Assembly (NCBI GenBank): GCA_051881915.1
Contig: JBJEQV010000022.1
Coordinates: 1,338-65,337 of the forward strand
Length of the DNA stretch: 64,000 nucleotides
Source of the DNA: Porcipelethomonas sp.
GTDB taxonomy: Bacteria > Bacillota > Clostridia > Oscillospirales > Ruminococcaceae
Direction: 5' to 3'
Shown here one piece after another: positions 19,554 to 31,310 of the stretch. How positions within the stretch are numbered: the stretch's first letter is position 1; every line of letters begins with the position of its first letter. Below the pieces are notes generated by a model. The model worked only from the letters and a program-made list of their open reading frames with translations. It did not search any database and was not told the DNA's origin. Made by a program: the position numbers and the translations under genes.

Positions 19554-22242
19554 TTTCACCATCAGCCTCTTCACTGCCGTCACGGTTCTTTTTTACAGAA
19601 ATTTTCTTTTCAAGAAATGCACACGCTGCAAAAAGTCCCAGTGAAACAAAAGTGATAACAAGTCCCGCAGTAAATCCCGGAGGCGTATACTTCATTTCTA
19701 CCGTATGGCTTCCTGCTGAAACGGGAACGCACACAAGCGCATTTTTAAGCGGTGTAACCTCAGTCTCCTTTCCGTCAACAAAAACCTTCCATCCGCCGTC
19801 GTGAGGGATCGAAGTGTAAAGAAATCCATCCTCAGCCGCCTCAACAGTTCCATTGATACGGGTATCGCTGTAATCCGTTACAGAAAGAGCTCCGGCGCTG
19901 AGTTTTTCATATCCTTTCTGAAGGACCTCGTCATTTACCTGATATACATAGACTTTTCCCATTCCGTTGTTTTCTTCTGACATCTCAGCATAAAGCGTTA
20001 CAACATCGCCCGATTTAAAATCGCCCACGGGAAATGTGTTTACATATTTGCCGAGTGAAAAGCTTTTGATCTCAGTGTCTTCCTGTCTGATCTTCAGAGT
20101 GCTGACATTATCAAATTCAAATGAAACATAGACAGGTCCGTCGTCCGGAATTATATAATTATACTTGAAATACCTGGTATTCTCCTCAGGATAGCTGTTG
20201 TCGATCTGGTATCTGTAACTGCCGTAGGAATCCTTTGTAACATTCACGCCCTGATGTCCCACATCCCTGACTTCAATCTCATTATATACACTTTCCTCTA
20301 TTCCGGTCGCTTTTCTGAAAAGCTCCTCCTGATTCCTGAACTGATTTACAGAGCTGCCGTCATAATCAATCAATGAAGGATCAGCCACGAATCCAACCGG
20401 AAGATAGCACGCATTTTCAAAAAGAGTTGACCGGCCTGATTCTGCAAGCGGCTCAAGGTATGTAAGATCGCCCGAATAACCGTCATGTGAAATCAGATAT
20501 TTGATATTCAGAAACATGTTGACAACGGGAGTTGACTGGGTATAATAATATCTGTTTCCTGCTGCTGACGCCTGTATTCCCAGCTTCTGAAGCAGATTTG
20601 TAACATTTACATTTGCAGTCGATGAAAACTGCGATACGCCTCTGAATCCGTAAAGCGGAGGATCGTTTATGGTGTAGTTGGTCATAAGCTCCGTGCGGTA
20701 AAACGATTTATCCCTGTCTTCGGCCACATCAATAAGTGCAGAAACATCCTCATAATTTTTCGGATAGCTTACATAATCTGTTACAGTCACTTTCTCAACG
20801 CCGTAGTAAGCATTGAATGTCATTTCAGCCGTACAGACTGCAAACACAAGAAAGTTCAGAGCTGATTTTTTAATAAGCTTTCTTTCGTAAAGGAACATAA
20901 TCAGTATATAGCACATGCAGACAACAAAGCTTGAAACCACCGCCTTTTCCGGCTGTTCATTATAGGAAACAAGCAATACAGTAAATGTCATAACAAGCAT
21001 TGCAATTATATCAAAGCTCTTGATGTTCTTTGACATGACTGTAAATGCCCTGTAAGCTGATGCAATAAGAATGAATGAAAAAAGGAATGCAAATCTGTAA
21101 GGCAGCATATTCGTGAAATGAAAACCATGCCACATATAATTCAGAACATTCATATTGCAGCTTACAATAATAAAGGCAAGATAAATAACTGTAATGACCT
21201 TTTCCCTGATCTTTATCTCCTTTGCACGGATATAGACGCCAAGCAGTATAACTGCAAACATACCGCAGTAGAAGTTAGGAAGCCCCTCCTTTGCAGTCGG
21301 CTCGTGAAAGCCTATAACATTGGAGATCATGGCAGTCCATTTTTCATAATATTCGATCATTGCAGGGAAAGTATTGTTAGCACTGTTTGTAAGCTGAAGT
21401 GCAAGAAATGCCGGAAGCAGAACAACAGCTCCCAAGCCGATGCCTATTACCGTAGCACCTGCGATCTGAGCCAGACGTCTGAGAGCATGTCTGATACCCT
21501 CCCATTCGCTTATTACGCAGGCTGCAAAGACCATAACTGTAAAGATGCAGGTAAACAGACCTATGTAGAAATTGGACACGAGCGAAAGCGCAAGGGAAAC
21601 AGCATAAAGCTTGAATTTGCCCTCCTTAAAAAGCTTTATTGTTCCGAGAACAACAAGCGGAAGAAGCGCTACCGTGTCAATCCAGATTACGTTCCAGTAA
21701 TACCCCATTATATAGTCGCAGAGTGCATAGAAAAGAGCAAAGCCCGTAATCGAAAAATCATTTCGCTTAAAGACATTTTTAAGGAAAATCGCACAGAAAA
21801 GACCTGCACATCCTATTTTTATTGTAAGGAGAAGAGTGATCGCGTCCCTTGAATTTTCAAGAGGGAAAAGCACCGCCAGAATATTAAGCGGACTTGCGCC
21901 GTAATATGAGAGAAGCGAAACGAAATTCGTTCCCATACCTGTGTTCCACGAAAACAGCAGCGATGAGAAATGCTGCAGCTTATCCTGAAGCTCCCTGAAG
22001 AACGGAAAATACTGATGCCAGAGATCTGTAACAAGGATCTGCTTGTCTCCAAAGGGATGAACTTCAAACTTCCGGAACATTATCCACATTATAAGAAATG
22101 GAATAATGAATGCAAGAAACAGATAAACTCTTGTTTCACCATTTCTGTTGTAAAGCAGAATATTATTTTTGTTCTTCCAGAACGGCTGATAAACAGGTTT
22201 CTGCTTACCGTCTGTTTTCTTTGCCTGTTTTTTATTACCCAT
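19540..22242 (-). CDS. YfhO-family (GT-C) membrane protein
   Basis: DLWHQYFPF, W..GMGTNF, YYGASPLN, LPYRFAF and SIPHDGGWKVFVDG motifs. Confidence 0.88.
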   Translation of the reverse strand: MGNKKQAKKTDGKQKPVYQPFWKNKNNILLYNRNGETRVYLFLAFIIPFLIMWIMFRKFEVHPFGDKQILVTDLWHQYFPFFRELQDKLQHFSSLLFSWNTGMGTNFVSLLSYYGASPLNILAVLFPLENSRDAITLLLTIKIGCAGLFCAIFLKNVFKRNDFSITGFALFYALCDYIMGYYWNVIWIDTVALLPLVVLGTIKLFKEGKFKLYAVSLALSLVSNFYIGLFTCIFTVMVFAACVISEWEGIRHALRRLAQIAGATVIGIGLGAVVLLPAFLALQLTNSANNTFPAMIEYYEKWTAMISNVIGFHEPTAKEGLPNFYCGMFAVILLGVYIRAKEIKIREKVITVIYLAFIIVSCNMNVLNYMWHGFHFTNMLPYRFAFLFSFILIASAYRAFTVMSKNIKSFDIIAMLVMTFTVLLVSYNEQPEKAVVSSFVVCMCYILIMFLYERKLIKKSALNFLVFAVCTAEMTFNAYYGVEKVTVTDYVSYPKNYEDVSALIDVAEDRDKSFYRTELMTNYTINDPPLYGFRGVSQFSSTANVNVTNLLQKLGIQASAAGNRYYYTQSTPVVNMFLNIKYLISHDGYSGDLTYLEPLAESGRSTLFENACYLPVGFVADPSLIDYDGSSVNQFRNQEELFRKATGIEESVYNEIEVRDVGHQGVNVTKDSYGSYRYQIDNSYPEENTRYFKYNYIIPDDGPVYVSFEFDNVSTLKIRQEDTEIKSFSLGKYVNTFPVGDFKSGDVVTLYAEMSEENNGMGKVYVYQVNDEVLQKGYEKLSAGALSVTDYSDTRINGTVEAAEDGFLYTSIPHDGGWKVFVDGKETEVTPLKNALVCVPVSAGSHTVEMKYTPPGFTAGLVITFVSLGLFAACAFLEKKISVKKNRDGSEEADGENEKS

Positions 22243-22257
22243 GAAAAAACACCTTTC

Positions 22258-23061
22258 CTACACTACAATATTTATGCAAATCACAGCAGCCATAAAGAAA
22301 AATGACAAAGCAAGCGCAATAAAATCCGCTGCCGAGCTTTTCAGCTGCCTCATTCTGGTTCTTCCGATACCGCCGCGGTAACAGCGGCACTCCATTGCCG
22401 TTGCAAGCTCTCCGGCGCGTCTGACCGCCGACACAAACAGAGGAATAATAACCGGAACGATCGCTTTCGCCTTATCTTTAAGATTTCCTCCGTCAATATC
22501 AGAGCCCCGGGCTTTCTGAGCAGATACGATCTTGTCCGTTTCCTCTATAAGGGTCGGGATAAATCTGAGCGCAATGGTCATCATCATTGCAAGCTCGTGA
22601 ACCGGAAGCTTTATTTTCTTAAGCGGTCCCAGCAGTCTTTCAATAGCGTCTGTAAGAGAGATCGGCGAAGTCGTATAAGTAAGAAGTGAAGTTCCTGCAA
22701 TAAGCAGAACTATTCGTATGATCATAAACACCGAAGTCTGTATTCCGGAAACTGTCAGTTTTATAAAATGCCATTCAAAAACCGTATCTCCGCCCGTAAT
22801 GAAAAACAGATTGAGTACTGCCGTTATGCACAGAAGCGGCATTATAGGCTTAATACTCTTTGCTATCATTTTCAGAGGAATTTCCGAAAGGACCAGTGCC
22901 ATTGCTGCAAATACTGCTCCTGCTTCAAGCGAGAAATAATCGCTGCCTATAAAAAGCATTGCAATATACAGTCCGGAAATAATTATTTTATATCTCGGAT
23001 CAAGCCTGTGAACAACGCTTTTTCCGGGAAAGTACTGCCCTAAAGTTATATCCTTTATCAT
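22258..23061 (-). CDS. ecfT: ECF transporter transmembrane component T
   Basis: GQYFPG.S.VHRLDPR, IALRFIPTL, AQKARG, AMECRCY. Confidence 0.93.
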   Translation of the reverse strand: MIKDITLGQYFPGKSVVHRLDPRYKIIISGLYIAMLFIGSDYFSLEAGAVFAAMALVLSEIPLKMIAKSIKPIMPLLCITAVLNLFFITGGDTVFEWHFIKLTVSGIQTSVFMIIRIVLLIAGTSLLTYTTSPISLTDAIERLLGPLKKIKLPVHELAMMMTIALRFIPTLIEETDKIVSAQKARGSDIDGGNLKDKAKAIVPVIIPLFVSAVRRAGELATAMECRCYRGGIGRTRMRQLKSSAADFIALALSFFFMAAVICINIVV

Positions 23062-23927
23062 ATTCTGCCGTCCTTTCCAAGGCGGTCAAGTATAAGCTGT
23101 TTTGCATAGCTGACAGTATATACCTCCTCGTCCACATCGGCGCCAAGTCTTTTGAGCTTGTCAAAAACTCTTGTGATCTGAGGAACGGAAAGTCCCATAG
23201 CCGTAAGTTCCTCCGATCTGCTGAAGACTTCCTTTGTTGTTCCGTAGCAGTATACCCCTGCATTGTTCATCACAAGAATTTTCGAGGCGTATCTTGCAAC
23301 ATCCTCCATGCTGTGAGAAACGATCATAACGGTACAACCCATATTTTTATGGTATGCACTTATCTGCTCCAGGACAGAATCACGGCCCCTGGGGTCAAGG
23401 CCTGCGGTAGGCTCGTCCAGGATCAGAACCTCAGGCTCCATTGCCATAACGCCTGCAATAGCAACACGCCTTTTCTGTCCCCCCGATAGTTCAAACGGGG
23501 ATTTTTTAAGTACCTCCTCGTCAAGTCCTACTGCAGCGGCGGTTCTTCTTACTCTGCCGTCGATCTCGTTTTCGCTCAGCCCCATATTTTTCGGACCGAA
23601 CGCAATGTCCTTGTAAACAGTATCCTCAAAAATCTGGTATTCCGGATACTGAAAAACAAGTCCTACTCTGAACCTTACCTGTTTTATACGGCTTTTGTCA
23701 GCCCATATGTCCTCTCCGTCAAGAAATATCTTTCCGGATGTCGGCTTTAAAAGTCCGTTGAAATGCTGGATAAGAGTTGATTTCCCGGAACCGGTATGAC
23801 CGATAACGCCCACAAATTCTCCCTTTTCTATCTCAAGGCTGACATTGTCAACCGCAGTTTTTTCAAAAGGCGTCCCCTGACTGTACACATAAGTCAGACC
23901 TTCGGTTTTCAGCAGTGCCAACGCCAT
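23058..23927 (-). CDS. ecfA2: ECF transporter ATPase A2
   Basis: YSQGTPFE, GHTGSGKST, FQYPEYQ, SPFELSGGQ. Confidence 0.92.
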   Translation of the reverse strand: MALALLKTEGLTYVYSQGTPFEKTAVDNVSLEIEKGEFVGVIGHTGSGKSTLIQHFNGLLKPTSGKIFLDGEDIWADKSRIKQVRFRVGLVFQYPEYQIFEDTVYKDIAFGPKNMGLSENEIDGRVRRTAAAVGLDEEVLKKSPFELSGGQKRRVAIAGVMAMEPEVLILDEPTAGLDPRGRDSVLEQISAYHKNMGCTVMIVSHSMEDVARYASKILVMNNAGVYCYGTTKEVFSRSEELTAMGLSVPQITRVFDKLKRLGADVDEEVYTVSYAKQLILDRLGKDGRI

Positions 23928-23944
23928 CGCTCCTTTCCGCTGAT

Positions 23945-24778
23945 TTATGAAAGCAGCTTCATAAGCGCTTCCACGCATTCATCCTCACTTATTATATGCG
24001 GATCAAGAGAAAGCCCGCTTTTATTGAGCTCATATACAAGCTCAGTCACCTGCGGAACGTCAAGCCCCACAGATTTAAGCAGCTCAACTTTTGAGAATAC
24101 CTCTTTCGGCACATCGTCAAGCAGAACCTTTCCTTTGTCCATTACAACAATTCTTCCGCACTGTGCCGCTTCCTCCATATAATGGGTAATGAGTATAACA
24201 GTAATGCCGTATTCTCTGTTCAGTTCCTTTATAGTTCTCATGACCTCGCTTCTGCCGGACGGATCAAGCATTGCAGTAGGCTCGTCAAGAACAATACATC
24301 TTGGGCGCATTGCAATAATCCCGGCAATAGCGACCCTCTGCTTCTGTCCGCCGGAAAGCTGGTGAGGCGAATGCATACGGTATTCATACATCCCGACAGA
24401 TTTCAGAGCCTGGTCAACCCTCCTTCGTATCTCAGACGGCTCCACGCCTAAATTTTCAAGGGCAAAGGCAATATCCTCCTCAACGATCGTGGCAACGATC
24501 TGATTATCGGGATTCTGGAATACCATTCCCACATTCTGCCGGATCTCAAAGGTCTTGTCCTCATCCTCAGTATCTATCCCGTCAACATAGACCTTCCCGC
24601 CGACGGGGAGCAGAATGGCGTTGAGGTGCTTTGCAAAGGTGGACTTTCCGCAGCCGTTATGACCTAAAACCGCCGTCATTTCTCCCTGTTCAAAGCTGAG
24701 GCTGATGTCATGAAGGATTTCCTCGCCGGCCTCATCATATTTAAAGCACAAATTTACAGCTTCTGCAATTTTACTCAT
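23945..24778 (-). CDS. ecfA1: ECF transporter ATPase A1
   Basis: [26 protein letters not shown]. Confidence 0.92.
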   Translation of the reverse strand: MSKIAEAVNLCFKYDEAGEEILHDISLSFEQGEMTAVLGHNGCGKSTFAKHLNAILLPVGGKVYVDGIDTEDEDKTFEIRQNVGMVFQNPDNQIVATIVEEDIAFALENLGVEPSEIRRRVDQALKSVGMYEYRMHSPHQLSGGQKQRVAIAGIIAMRPRCIVLDEPTAMLDPSGRSEVMRTIKELNREYGITVILITHYMEEAAQCGRIVVMDKGKVLLDDVPKEVFSKVELLKSVGLDVPQVTELVYELNKSGLSLDPHIISEDECVEALMKLLS

Positions 24779-25656
24779 CTCTGCCCTTTCTGCCAGATAG
24801 CCGTTGAACCGCATGGCAGACATAATCCGCTTGCTTCAACAGGCAGTCCTATTTCATCAAAAGTAACGTTTCCGCCGAACTGCGGCGTCATAAGATCACC
24901 TAAAATATATCCCATAACAGACGGCGAAAGCCCCGTTGTGTAGCTGTTTATGAGGAAGAAAAGTGGATTATCGCTGAGCACGCCCGTACACAGCTTTACA
25001 AGATCGTAAACACAGTCCTCAAGCTTCCATACCTCACCGCCCGGACCTCTGCCGTAGCTCGGAGGGTCCATTACAACGGCGTCATATTTTCTGCCGCGTC
25101 TTATTTCCCTTGCGATAAACTTTTCGCAGTCGTCAACGATCCATCTGACAGGCTTTTCCGAAAGTCCCGACAAAGCAGCGTTTTCCCTTGCCCATGATAC
25201 CATGCCCTTTGAAGCGTCAACATGACATACGCTGGCTCCTGCTTCCGCACAGGCAAGAGTTGCTCCCCCCGTATAGGCAAAGAGGTTAAGAACGCTTATT
25301 TCCCTGCCCGCATTTCTGATCTTTTCGGACATAAAGTCCCAGTTGACAGCCTGTTCTGGGAAAAGTCCCGTATGCTTGAACCCAGTGGGCTTTATACAGA
25401 ATGTCAGATTTTTATATGACATTTCCCATGATTCCGGAGGCTTTCTGCGAAAACTCCAGCTTCCTCCGCCGCTTGAAGAACGGTGATAATGACCGTCTGC
25501 CTTTTCCCACATCTGAGACCTTTTTGGTCCTTTCCATATAATCTGCGGATCGGGACGTATAAGAAGCGTTCCGTTCCAGGACTCCAGCTTTTCCTGATTT
25601 GTTGTATCTAAAATTTTATATTCTTTCCAGTTATCTGCTATACGCATACACTGCAT
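24775..25656 (-). CDS. Class I SAM-dependent methyltransferase (RlmI/RlmK-like)
   Basis: [26 protein letters not shown]. Confidence 0.85.
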   Translation of the reverse strand: MQCMRIADNWKEYKILDTTNQEKLESWNGTLLIRPDPQIIWKGPKRSQMWEKADGHYHRSSSGGGSWSFRRKPPESWEMSYKNLTFCIKPTGFKHTGLFPEQAVNWDFMSEKIRNAGREISVLNLFAYTGGATLACAEAGASVCHVDASKGMVSWARENAALSGLSEKPVRWIVDDCEKFIAREIRRGRKYDAVVMDPPSYGRGPGGEVWKLEDCVYDLVKLCTGVLSDNPLFFLINSYTTGLSPSVMGYILGDLMTPQFGGNVTFDEIGLPVEASGLCLPCGSTAIWQKGQR

Positions 25657-25668
25657 TCCTTTACAAAT

Positions 25669-26361
25669 TTATTTTTTCCAGGGACGGATATTTCCGCACC
25701 AGCCCTTTTCTCTCCAGTATACATCATCAGACGGAAAACAGCCTTTTTTATGAAACTTACTCATTATAGAAAAAAAGCACTTTGTTTTTACAGAAGGATT
25801 TACCCTTCCATGACGGTTTTCTATCTTTTTTGCAATTTTGTCAAGCTTTTTACTGATTTTCGCCTTTTTCTTTTCCCCGACACGCTCCCATGAAGTCTCC
25901 ATAACAGCAACGCCGCAGGAATAAATTCTGCCGACTCCCCAGAAAAACATACTGTGCTCAATATCCCTGTTCGCAGACTTCATGCCTGCTCCGGCAGCGG
26001 TTGAAAGTACAACTGCCTGTTTTTTAAACATTTTTTCCTCCGGGCGATGAACCATCCAGCGGTAGCCGTAGTGATCAAGAAAAGCTTTCATCGGACCGCT
26101 GCAGTGAAAAACATATACAGGAGTTGTGAAAATCAGAACATCGGCACTGTCCATGGCTTCTGTTATAGACCTGAGCTTTTCATAATGCGGACAAAGAGTT
26201 TCACTTTTTCCGAAGCAGTTTGTACAGCCGCAGCAGAATTCACCGAAATCACGGGGAAGATAAAATTCCGTAATATCGTCCGAAAGCTTTTTGGCAAGCA
26301 TCTTCCCCATATTATAAGTTGCGCCCTTATGATTCTGACCGTTGATTACAGTAATTTTCAT
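25669..26361 (-). CDS. Flavodoxin-like / NAD(P)H-dependent FMN reductase family protein
   Basis: KITVING, C.GC..C cluster, ADVLIFTTPVY. Confidence 0.8.
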   Translation of the reverse strand: MKITVINGQNHKGATYNMGKMLAKKLSDDITEFYLPRDFGEFCCGCTNCFGKSETLCPHYEKLRSITEAMDSADVLIFTTPVYVFHCSGPMKAFLDHYGYRWMVHRPEEKMFKKQAVVLSTAAGAGMKSANRDIEHSMFFWGVGRIYSCGVAVMETSWERVGEKKKAKISKKLDKIAKKIENRHGRVNPSVKTKCFFSIMSKFHKKGCFPSDDVYWREKGWCGNIRPWKK

Positions 26362-26364
26362 AAA

Positions 26365-27717
26365 TCAGTGACCTGTGCGCTCTTTTATCTTGTCTGCAAT
26401 GGAAACGGCATATTCGTTGATCTGCTTAAAATCCCTGCCCTCAAGCATAACTCTGATGAGAGGCTCCGTGCCGCTTTCCCTTACAAGTATCCTTCCGCTT
26501 TCGCCGAGTTCATTCTCATAATGCTCGATAAGATCGGTGATCTGACTGTCATTTTTCCACACTTCCCTGTCCTTGGGCGTTATCTTTACATTTATCATGA
26601 CCTGAGGGAAGGTTTCCATAACAGACGCAAGCTCAGACATTTTCTTTCCTGATTCCGCAAGGATCTCAAGAACCTTTGCACCCGAAAGCTGTCCGTCACC
26701 GGTATTTGCCTCGTCAAGGAAAATTATATGGCCGCTCTGCTCTCCCCCCAGATTATAGCCGCCTTCAAGCATTTTTTCAAGGACGTATCTGTCCCCGACC
26801 TTTGTAGTCTGCATTTTAACTTCATTTTCTTCTGCAAAATACTTGAATCCCAGATTGCTCATAACGGTAACAACAGCTGTATCCTTTTTCAGCTTTCCCT
26901 GCTCCTTGTAAGCCTTTGCGCATATTGCAATAAGCTTGTCGCCGTCAATAAGCTCACCGTTCTCATCCACTGCAAGGCATCTGTCAGCGTCTCCGTCAAA
27001 GGCAAGACCTGCATGACACTTCTTATCGACCACAAACTGCATAAGCGTATTCATATGAGTCGAACCGCAGTTGTCGTTTATGTTTACGCCGTCCGGATGA
27101 TCGTTTATTATGTATACGCTTGCACCCAGTCCCTCAAAAAGTCTTTTTGCAGTTGCGGACGCACTGCCGTTTGCACAGTCAAGAGCGATCCTGAGCCCTG
27201 TAAGATTACCCTTTATGCATTTCATGATGTATCTGATATAATCGGTCTGAGCGTCTTTATAATATGTGATCTTGCCAAGCTCGCTTCCCGATGCAAGCTT
27301 TATATCCTTAGGTCTGTCAAGGATAAGCTCCTCGATCTCTTCCTCTATTTCATCAGAAAGCTTATAACCCGTTGAAGCAAAGAGCTTGATCCCGTTAAAC
27401 TCAAAGCTGTTGTGAGAAGCTGAGATCATAACTCCCGCATCGGCGCCTTTCATCTGAACAAGAGCAGCAACAGCCGGAGTCGGAACTACTCCGAGTATCT
27501 CAGCATTTGCTCCTACGGAACATATTCCCGCTGCAAGAGCCGATTCCAGAACATCTGAAGAGATTCTTGTGTCCTTTCCGATAAAAATTGTAGGCTTATG
27601 TTTCGTTTTTTTGGTAAGAACCAGAGCCGCCGCTCTGCCTATCTGCATAGCTGTTTCACAGGTAAGCTCCGTTACCGCAACGCCTCTTGCTCCGTCTGTT
27701 CCGAATAATCTTCCCAT
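26365..27717 (-). CDS. glmM: Phosphoglucosamine mutase
   Basis: LFGTDGARG, MISASHN, FDGDADR, GGEQSGH, RESGTEP. Confidence 0.96.
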   Translation of the reverse strand: MGRLFGTDGARGVAVTELTCETAMQIGRAAALVLTKKTKHKPTIFIGKDTRISSDVLESALAAGICSVGANAEILGVVPTPAVAALVQMKGADAGVMISASHNSFEFNGIKLFASTGYKLSDEIEEEIEELILDRPKDIKLASGSELGKITYYKDAQTDYIRYIMKCIKGNLTGLRIALDCANGSASATAKRLFEGLGASVYIINDHPDGVNINDNCGSTHMNTLMQFVVDKKCHAGLAFDGDADRCLAVDENGELIDGDKLIAICAKAYKEQGKLKKDTAVVTVMSNLGFKYFAEENEVKMQTTKVGDRYVLEKMLEGGYNLGGEQSGHIIFLDEANTGDGQLSGAKVLEILAESGKKMSELASVMETFPQVMINVKITPKDREVWKNDSQITDLIEHYENELGESGRILVRESGTEPLIRVMLEGRDFKQINEYAVSIADKIKERTGH

Positions 27718-27754
27718 TTCAGTTATCTCCTTATGTCTTATTTCAAAATTTGTT

Positions 27755-28807
27755 TCAAAGCTTCAGCTGACCGTCATTTTCATTATTCTCATCTGTGGAA
27801 TACCCAAGATGAGCATAGGCAAGCTTCGTGGCAACTCTTCCTCTTGGTGTTCTTGCAAGAAATCCGAGCTGCATCAGAAACGGCTCACACACGTCCTCAA
27901 GAGTAATTGCCTCCTCACCGATCGCCGATGCAAGTGTTTCAAGTCCGGCAGGTCCGCCGTTGTATCCCTTTATAAGCATTTCAAGCATCCTCTTGTCAAG
28001 ACTGTCAAGTCCCAGAGAATCTATTTCAAGCCTGTTGAGGGCAATAGCCGCGATCTCAGCGGTAATGACGCCGTCTCCGATAACCTCCGCGAAATCCCTT
28101 ACCCTCTTTAAAAGTCTGTTTGCGATTCTCGGTGTTCCTCTTGAACGCTTTGCAATTTCAAGTGCGCCGTCAGGATCGCACTTTATTCCCAAAATCCCGG
28201 CGCTTCGTCTGATAATATCGCTGAGCTGCTCGTGGCTGTAAAGCTCAAGACGCTGAACAATCCCGAAGCGGTCCCTGAGCGGTGAAGTAAGCTGTCCTGC
28301 TCTTGTTGTAGCTCCCACAAGAGTAAATTTTTCAAGATCGACTCTTATGGAACGCGCCGAAGGTCCCTTGCCTATCACAATATCAAGCGCATTGTCCTCC
28401 AGTGCCGGGTACAGGATTTCCTCGATCGCACGGGAAAGCCTGTGTATCTCGTCAATGAAAAGCACATCATTTTCCGAAAGATTTGTAAGCAGAGCCGCCA
28501 GATCTCCCGGTTTTTCGATCGCAGGTCCTGTTGTGATCCTCAGATTTGCACCCATTTCATGAGCAATGATTCCGGCAAGAGTTGTTTTTCCAAGTCCCGG
28601 AGGGCCATAAAGCAGAACATGGTCAAGAGGCTCGTTTCTTCTTTTTGCGGCCTCAATATAAACGGACAGGTTTTCCTTGACCTTATCCTGACCGATATAT
28701 TCCTGCAGGGTCTGAGGACGGAGCGAGTATTCTATTTCACTGTCAGTCTCAGTAAACTGCGGAGCAACCGCCCTGCTTTCAAACTCCATATCTCCTGTTT
28801 CTATCAA
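27755..28807 (-). CDS. ruvB: Holliday junction helicase RuvB
   Basis: [34 protein letters not shown]. Confidence 0.97.
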   Translation of the reverse strand: MIETGDMEFESRAVAPQFTETDSEIEYSLRPQTLQEYIGQDKVKENLSVYIEAAKRRNEPLDHVLLYGPPGLGKTTLAGIIAHEMGANLRITTGPAIEKPGDLAALLTNLSENDVLFIDEIHRLSRAIEEILYPALEDNALDIVIGKGPSARSIRVDLEKFTLVGATTRAGQLTSPLRDRFGIVQRLELYSHEQLSDIIRRSAGILGIKCDPDGALEIAKRSRGTPRIANRLLKRVRDFAEVIGDGVITAEIAAIALNRLEIDSLGLDSLDKRMLEMLIKGYNGGPAGLETLASAIGEEAITLEDVCEPFLMQLGFLARTPRGRVATKLAYAHLGYSTDENNENDGQLKL

Positions 28808-28831
28808 TTTCTGTCTCCTTGTTTTAATCGC

Positions 28832-29440
28832 TTATTTAAGATTGCTTCCGATAAGTTTAAGCGCTCTTTTTATGATTTCTCCGGACGGCAGGGAAGGATC
28901 GATTTTTGCAACAGCCTGTGCCGCCTCGGTCTGTGAATACCCGAGAACCATAAGAGCCGACATAGCCTCCGTGCTGCTGTCCCCTGCCGGGATCTCTGCA
29001 TGCTTTACACCGGCAGCAATTTCCGAAACAACGCTCTCCTTTGCGATCTTGTCTTTTAGTTCAAGAACGATACGCTGTGCAAGCTTCGGACCCACGCCTT
29101 TCGTCTTTGTAAAAACCTTGCTCTCCCCCGACGCAACAGTCAGAGCAAACTGCTGTGCATCAATATCAGAAAGAATTGCCAGAGCCGCCTTAGGCCCCAC
29201 CCCCGAAACGGTTATGAGCATCCTGAAGCAGTTCAGCTCCTGCATTGTATAAAATCCGAACAGCTCCACGCTGTCTTCTCTTACATATAAATAGGTATAA
29301 AGACGCTCCTCGCTTCCTGTCTGCCCCAGCTGAGCCGATGTAGAACATGTAGTACGACAGGCATATCCGACACCTGCGCACTCGATCACAGCAAGCTGCA
29401 GTTCTTTATGTATAAGCTTTCCTCTAACACTGTATAACAT
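28832..29440 (-). CDS. ruvA: Holliday junction DNA-binding protein RuvA
   Basis: GVGY, YVRED..LFGF, VSGVGPKAAL, GVGPKLAQRIVLELKDK. Confidence 0.95.
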   Translation of the reverse strand: MLYSVRGKLIHKELQLAVIECAGVGYACRTTCSTSAQLGQTGSEERLYTYLYVREDSVELFGFYTMQELNCFRMLITVSGVGPKAALAILSDIDAQQFALTVASGESKVFTKTKGVGPKLAQRIVLELKDKIAKESVVSEIAAGVKHAEIPAGDSSTEAMSALMVLGYSQTEAAQAVAKIDPSLPSGEIIKRALKLIGSNLK

Positions 29441-29456
29441 TTTATTAATTTCCCTT

Positions 29457-29936
29457 TCAGCGTATTCCTTTGCAGCAGTGTCCGTGGCATATTGCGATCG
29501 CAAGAGCGTCTGCTGCGTCATCCGGCTTCGGAATCTGCTCCAGCTTCAGGATACGCCTTGTCATATCCATTACCTGTTTTTTTTCAGCTTTTCCGTAGCC
29601 CACCACCGCCTGCTTCACCTGAAGCGGCGTATATTCAAAAACCGGAACATTATGCCTTACGGCAGAGAGAACAGTGACTCCTCTGGCCTGCGCAACGTCA
29701 ATAGCGGTCTTCTGATTGTTTGTGAAATAAAGCCGCTCGATCGCCATGCAGTCGGGAGAAAATTTCTCCATTATAAAGTCAAGATCGTCTGCAATGGATT
29801 TAAGACGTTCTGTAAACGGAGTATGCGCCTCAGTCAGAACCGCCCCGTATTCAAGAGGGAAAAAGCTGACACCCGAATAATCAACAACGCCGAAGCCGAC
29901 AATTGCATATCCGGGATCTATTCCAAGTATACGCAA
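29457..29936 (-). CDS. ruvC: Crossover junction endodeoxyribonuclease RuvC
   Basis: ILGIDPG, AQARGV, KQAVVGYGKAEK, DDAADALAIA; TTG start. Confidence 0.96.
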   Translation of the reverse strand: MRILGIDPGYAIVGFGVVDYSGVSFFPLEYGAVLTEAHTPFTERLKSIADDLDFIMEKFSPDCMAIERLYFTNNQKTAIDVAQARGVTVLSAVRHNVPVFEYTPLQVKQAVVGYGKAEKKQVMDMTRRILKLEQIPKPDDAADALAIAICHGHCCKGIR

Positions 29937-30194
29937 AAAAACACCCCTAAAAATACATTTCTCTTATTATAACACAAAATACATATTATTTTCAATAGAT
30001 AAATTACATTTAATAAATATTTTCATCAAAAACAGTATTTTTATTTTTACAGGCAGCTTTTGTCTGTATCACACTCTGTTTCCGGATAAGACAGATCTGA
30101 TTATAAATGAATTTTGTGGGAATACTGATTGATTTTTGTAATAAAAAATTGTATAATAGAAAAGTGCAAAAAATTATCCGAAAGGAAACTCAGT

Positions 30195-31310
30195 ATGGAT
30201 TTAGACAATTTACGAAAAGAGATCAACGAAACCGACAGGATCATACTGTCTGCTTTTGAAAAGCGCATGGCACTTTGCCGTGAGGTCGCACTTTATAAAA
30301 AGAAAAACGGACTGCCTGTTTTCCAGTCAGAGCGTGAACGTGAAATCATAGACAAAGTCAGAAAAGAAAGTCCGGAGCACCTCAAAGACGGAGCCGCCGC
30401 TCTTTTCACCGAAATAATGGACATAAGCAAATGCCTTCAGCAGCAGGAGCTTCTTCGCGGCAGGGATTTCCCGGAACCCTCTTTGCTCAGTATTTCTCAG
30501 GCTGACAGAATTGCATGCCAGGGAGTGAGCGGTTCAAACTCCGAGGCTGCCGCAAGAATGATGTTTTCAAATAACAGCATCACGTTCTATCCCGGCTTTG
30601 AAGATGTTTTCCGTGCAGTAACAAACGGCGAAGTAAAATTCGGAATCCTTCCTATAAACAATTCGACGGCAGGTTCAATTACCCAGAACTATGACCTTAT
30701 GAGGAAATACAGCGTTTTCATCGCAAAGACCATAAAGCTTGAGATCACCCACTGTCTTGCGGCAAAACCGGGACTCTCTCCTGCGGACATCAAAAAAGTA
30801 TATTCACATCCGCAGGCTTTAAGGCAGTGTTCAGAATTCCTCAAAAACAACGGATTTGAACCGGTCGAGTCAATTAATACAGCGGCTGCGGCAAAATATG
30901 TATCCGGATCGGAAGAATACTGCGGAGCAGTATGCTCTGAAAGCTGTGCCGAACTTTACGGACTTGAAATAATTGAAAAAAACATTTCAAACGTTATCCC
31001 GAATTATACCAGATTCATCTGCATAACCAAGGATTTCTGCATCAGCGAGGACGCATGCAAGATCTCTGTAAACTTAAAGCTCCCGAACACCAAGGGAACT
31101 CTTTACAGACTTCTTACAAAGTTTTACATGAACGACCTGAATCTTGAAAAAATAGAAAGCCGCCCTGTTGCGGACGGCAGCTTTGACGTTATGTTTTACC
31201 TGGATTTTGAGGGAAATATCAGCTCCCCTAAAATAAAATCACTTCTTTGTGAGCTTTCTGATGAACTGGAGTATTTCAGATTTCTCGGGAATTACAGCGA
31301 GATCGGCTGA
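30195..31310 (+). CDS. pheA: Chorismate mutase / prephenate dehydratase
   Basis: LDNLRKEINETD chorismate mutase domain, YSHPQALRQC, NYTRF, ACT domain KIESRP. Confidence 0.92.
   Translation: MDLDNLRKEINETDRIILSAFEKRMALCREVALYKKKNGLPVFQSEREREIIDKVRKESPEHLKDGAAALFTEIMDISKCLQQQELLRGRDFPEPSLLSISQADRIACQGVSGSNSEAAARMMFSNNSITFYPGFEDVFRAVTNGEVKFGILPINNSTAGSITQNYDLMRKYSVFIAKTIKLEITHCLAAKPGLSPADIKKVYSHPQALRQCSEFLKNNGFEPVESINTAAAAKYVSGSEEYCGAVCSESCAELYGLEIIEKNISNVIPNYTRFICITKDFCISEDACKISVNLKLPNTKGTLYRLLTKFYMNDLNLEKIESRPVADGSFDVMFYLDFEGNISSPKIKSLLCELSDELEYFRFLGNYSEIG

Noticed and set aside
19540-22242. yfhO between ecfT and truA as a mobile insertion
   Set aside because: Tightly coupled to its neighbours with no flanking repeats or transposase; looks like ordinary lineage-specific operon order.
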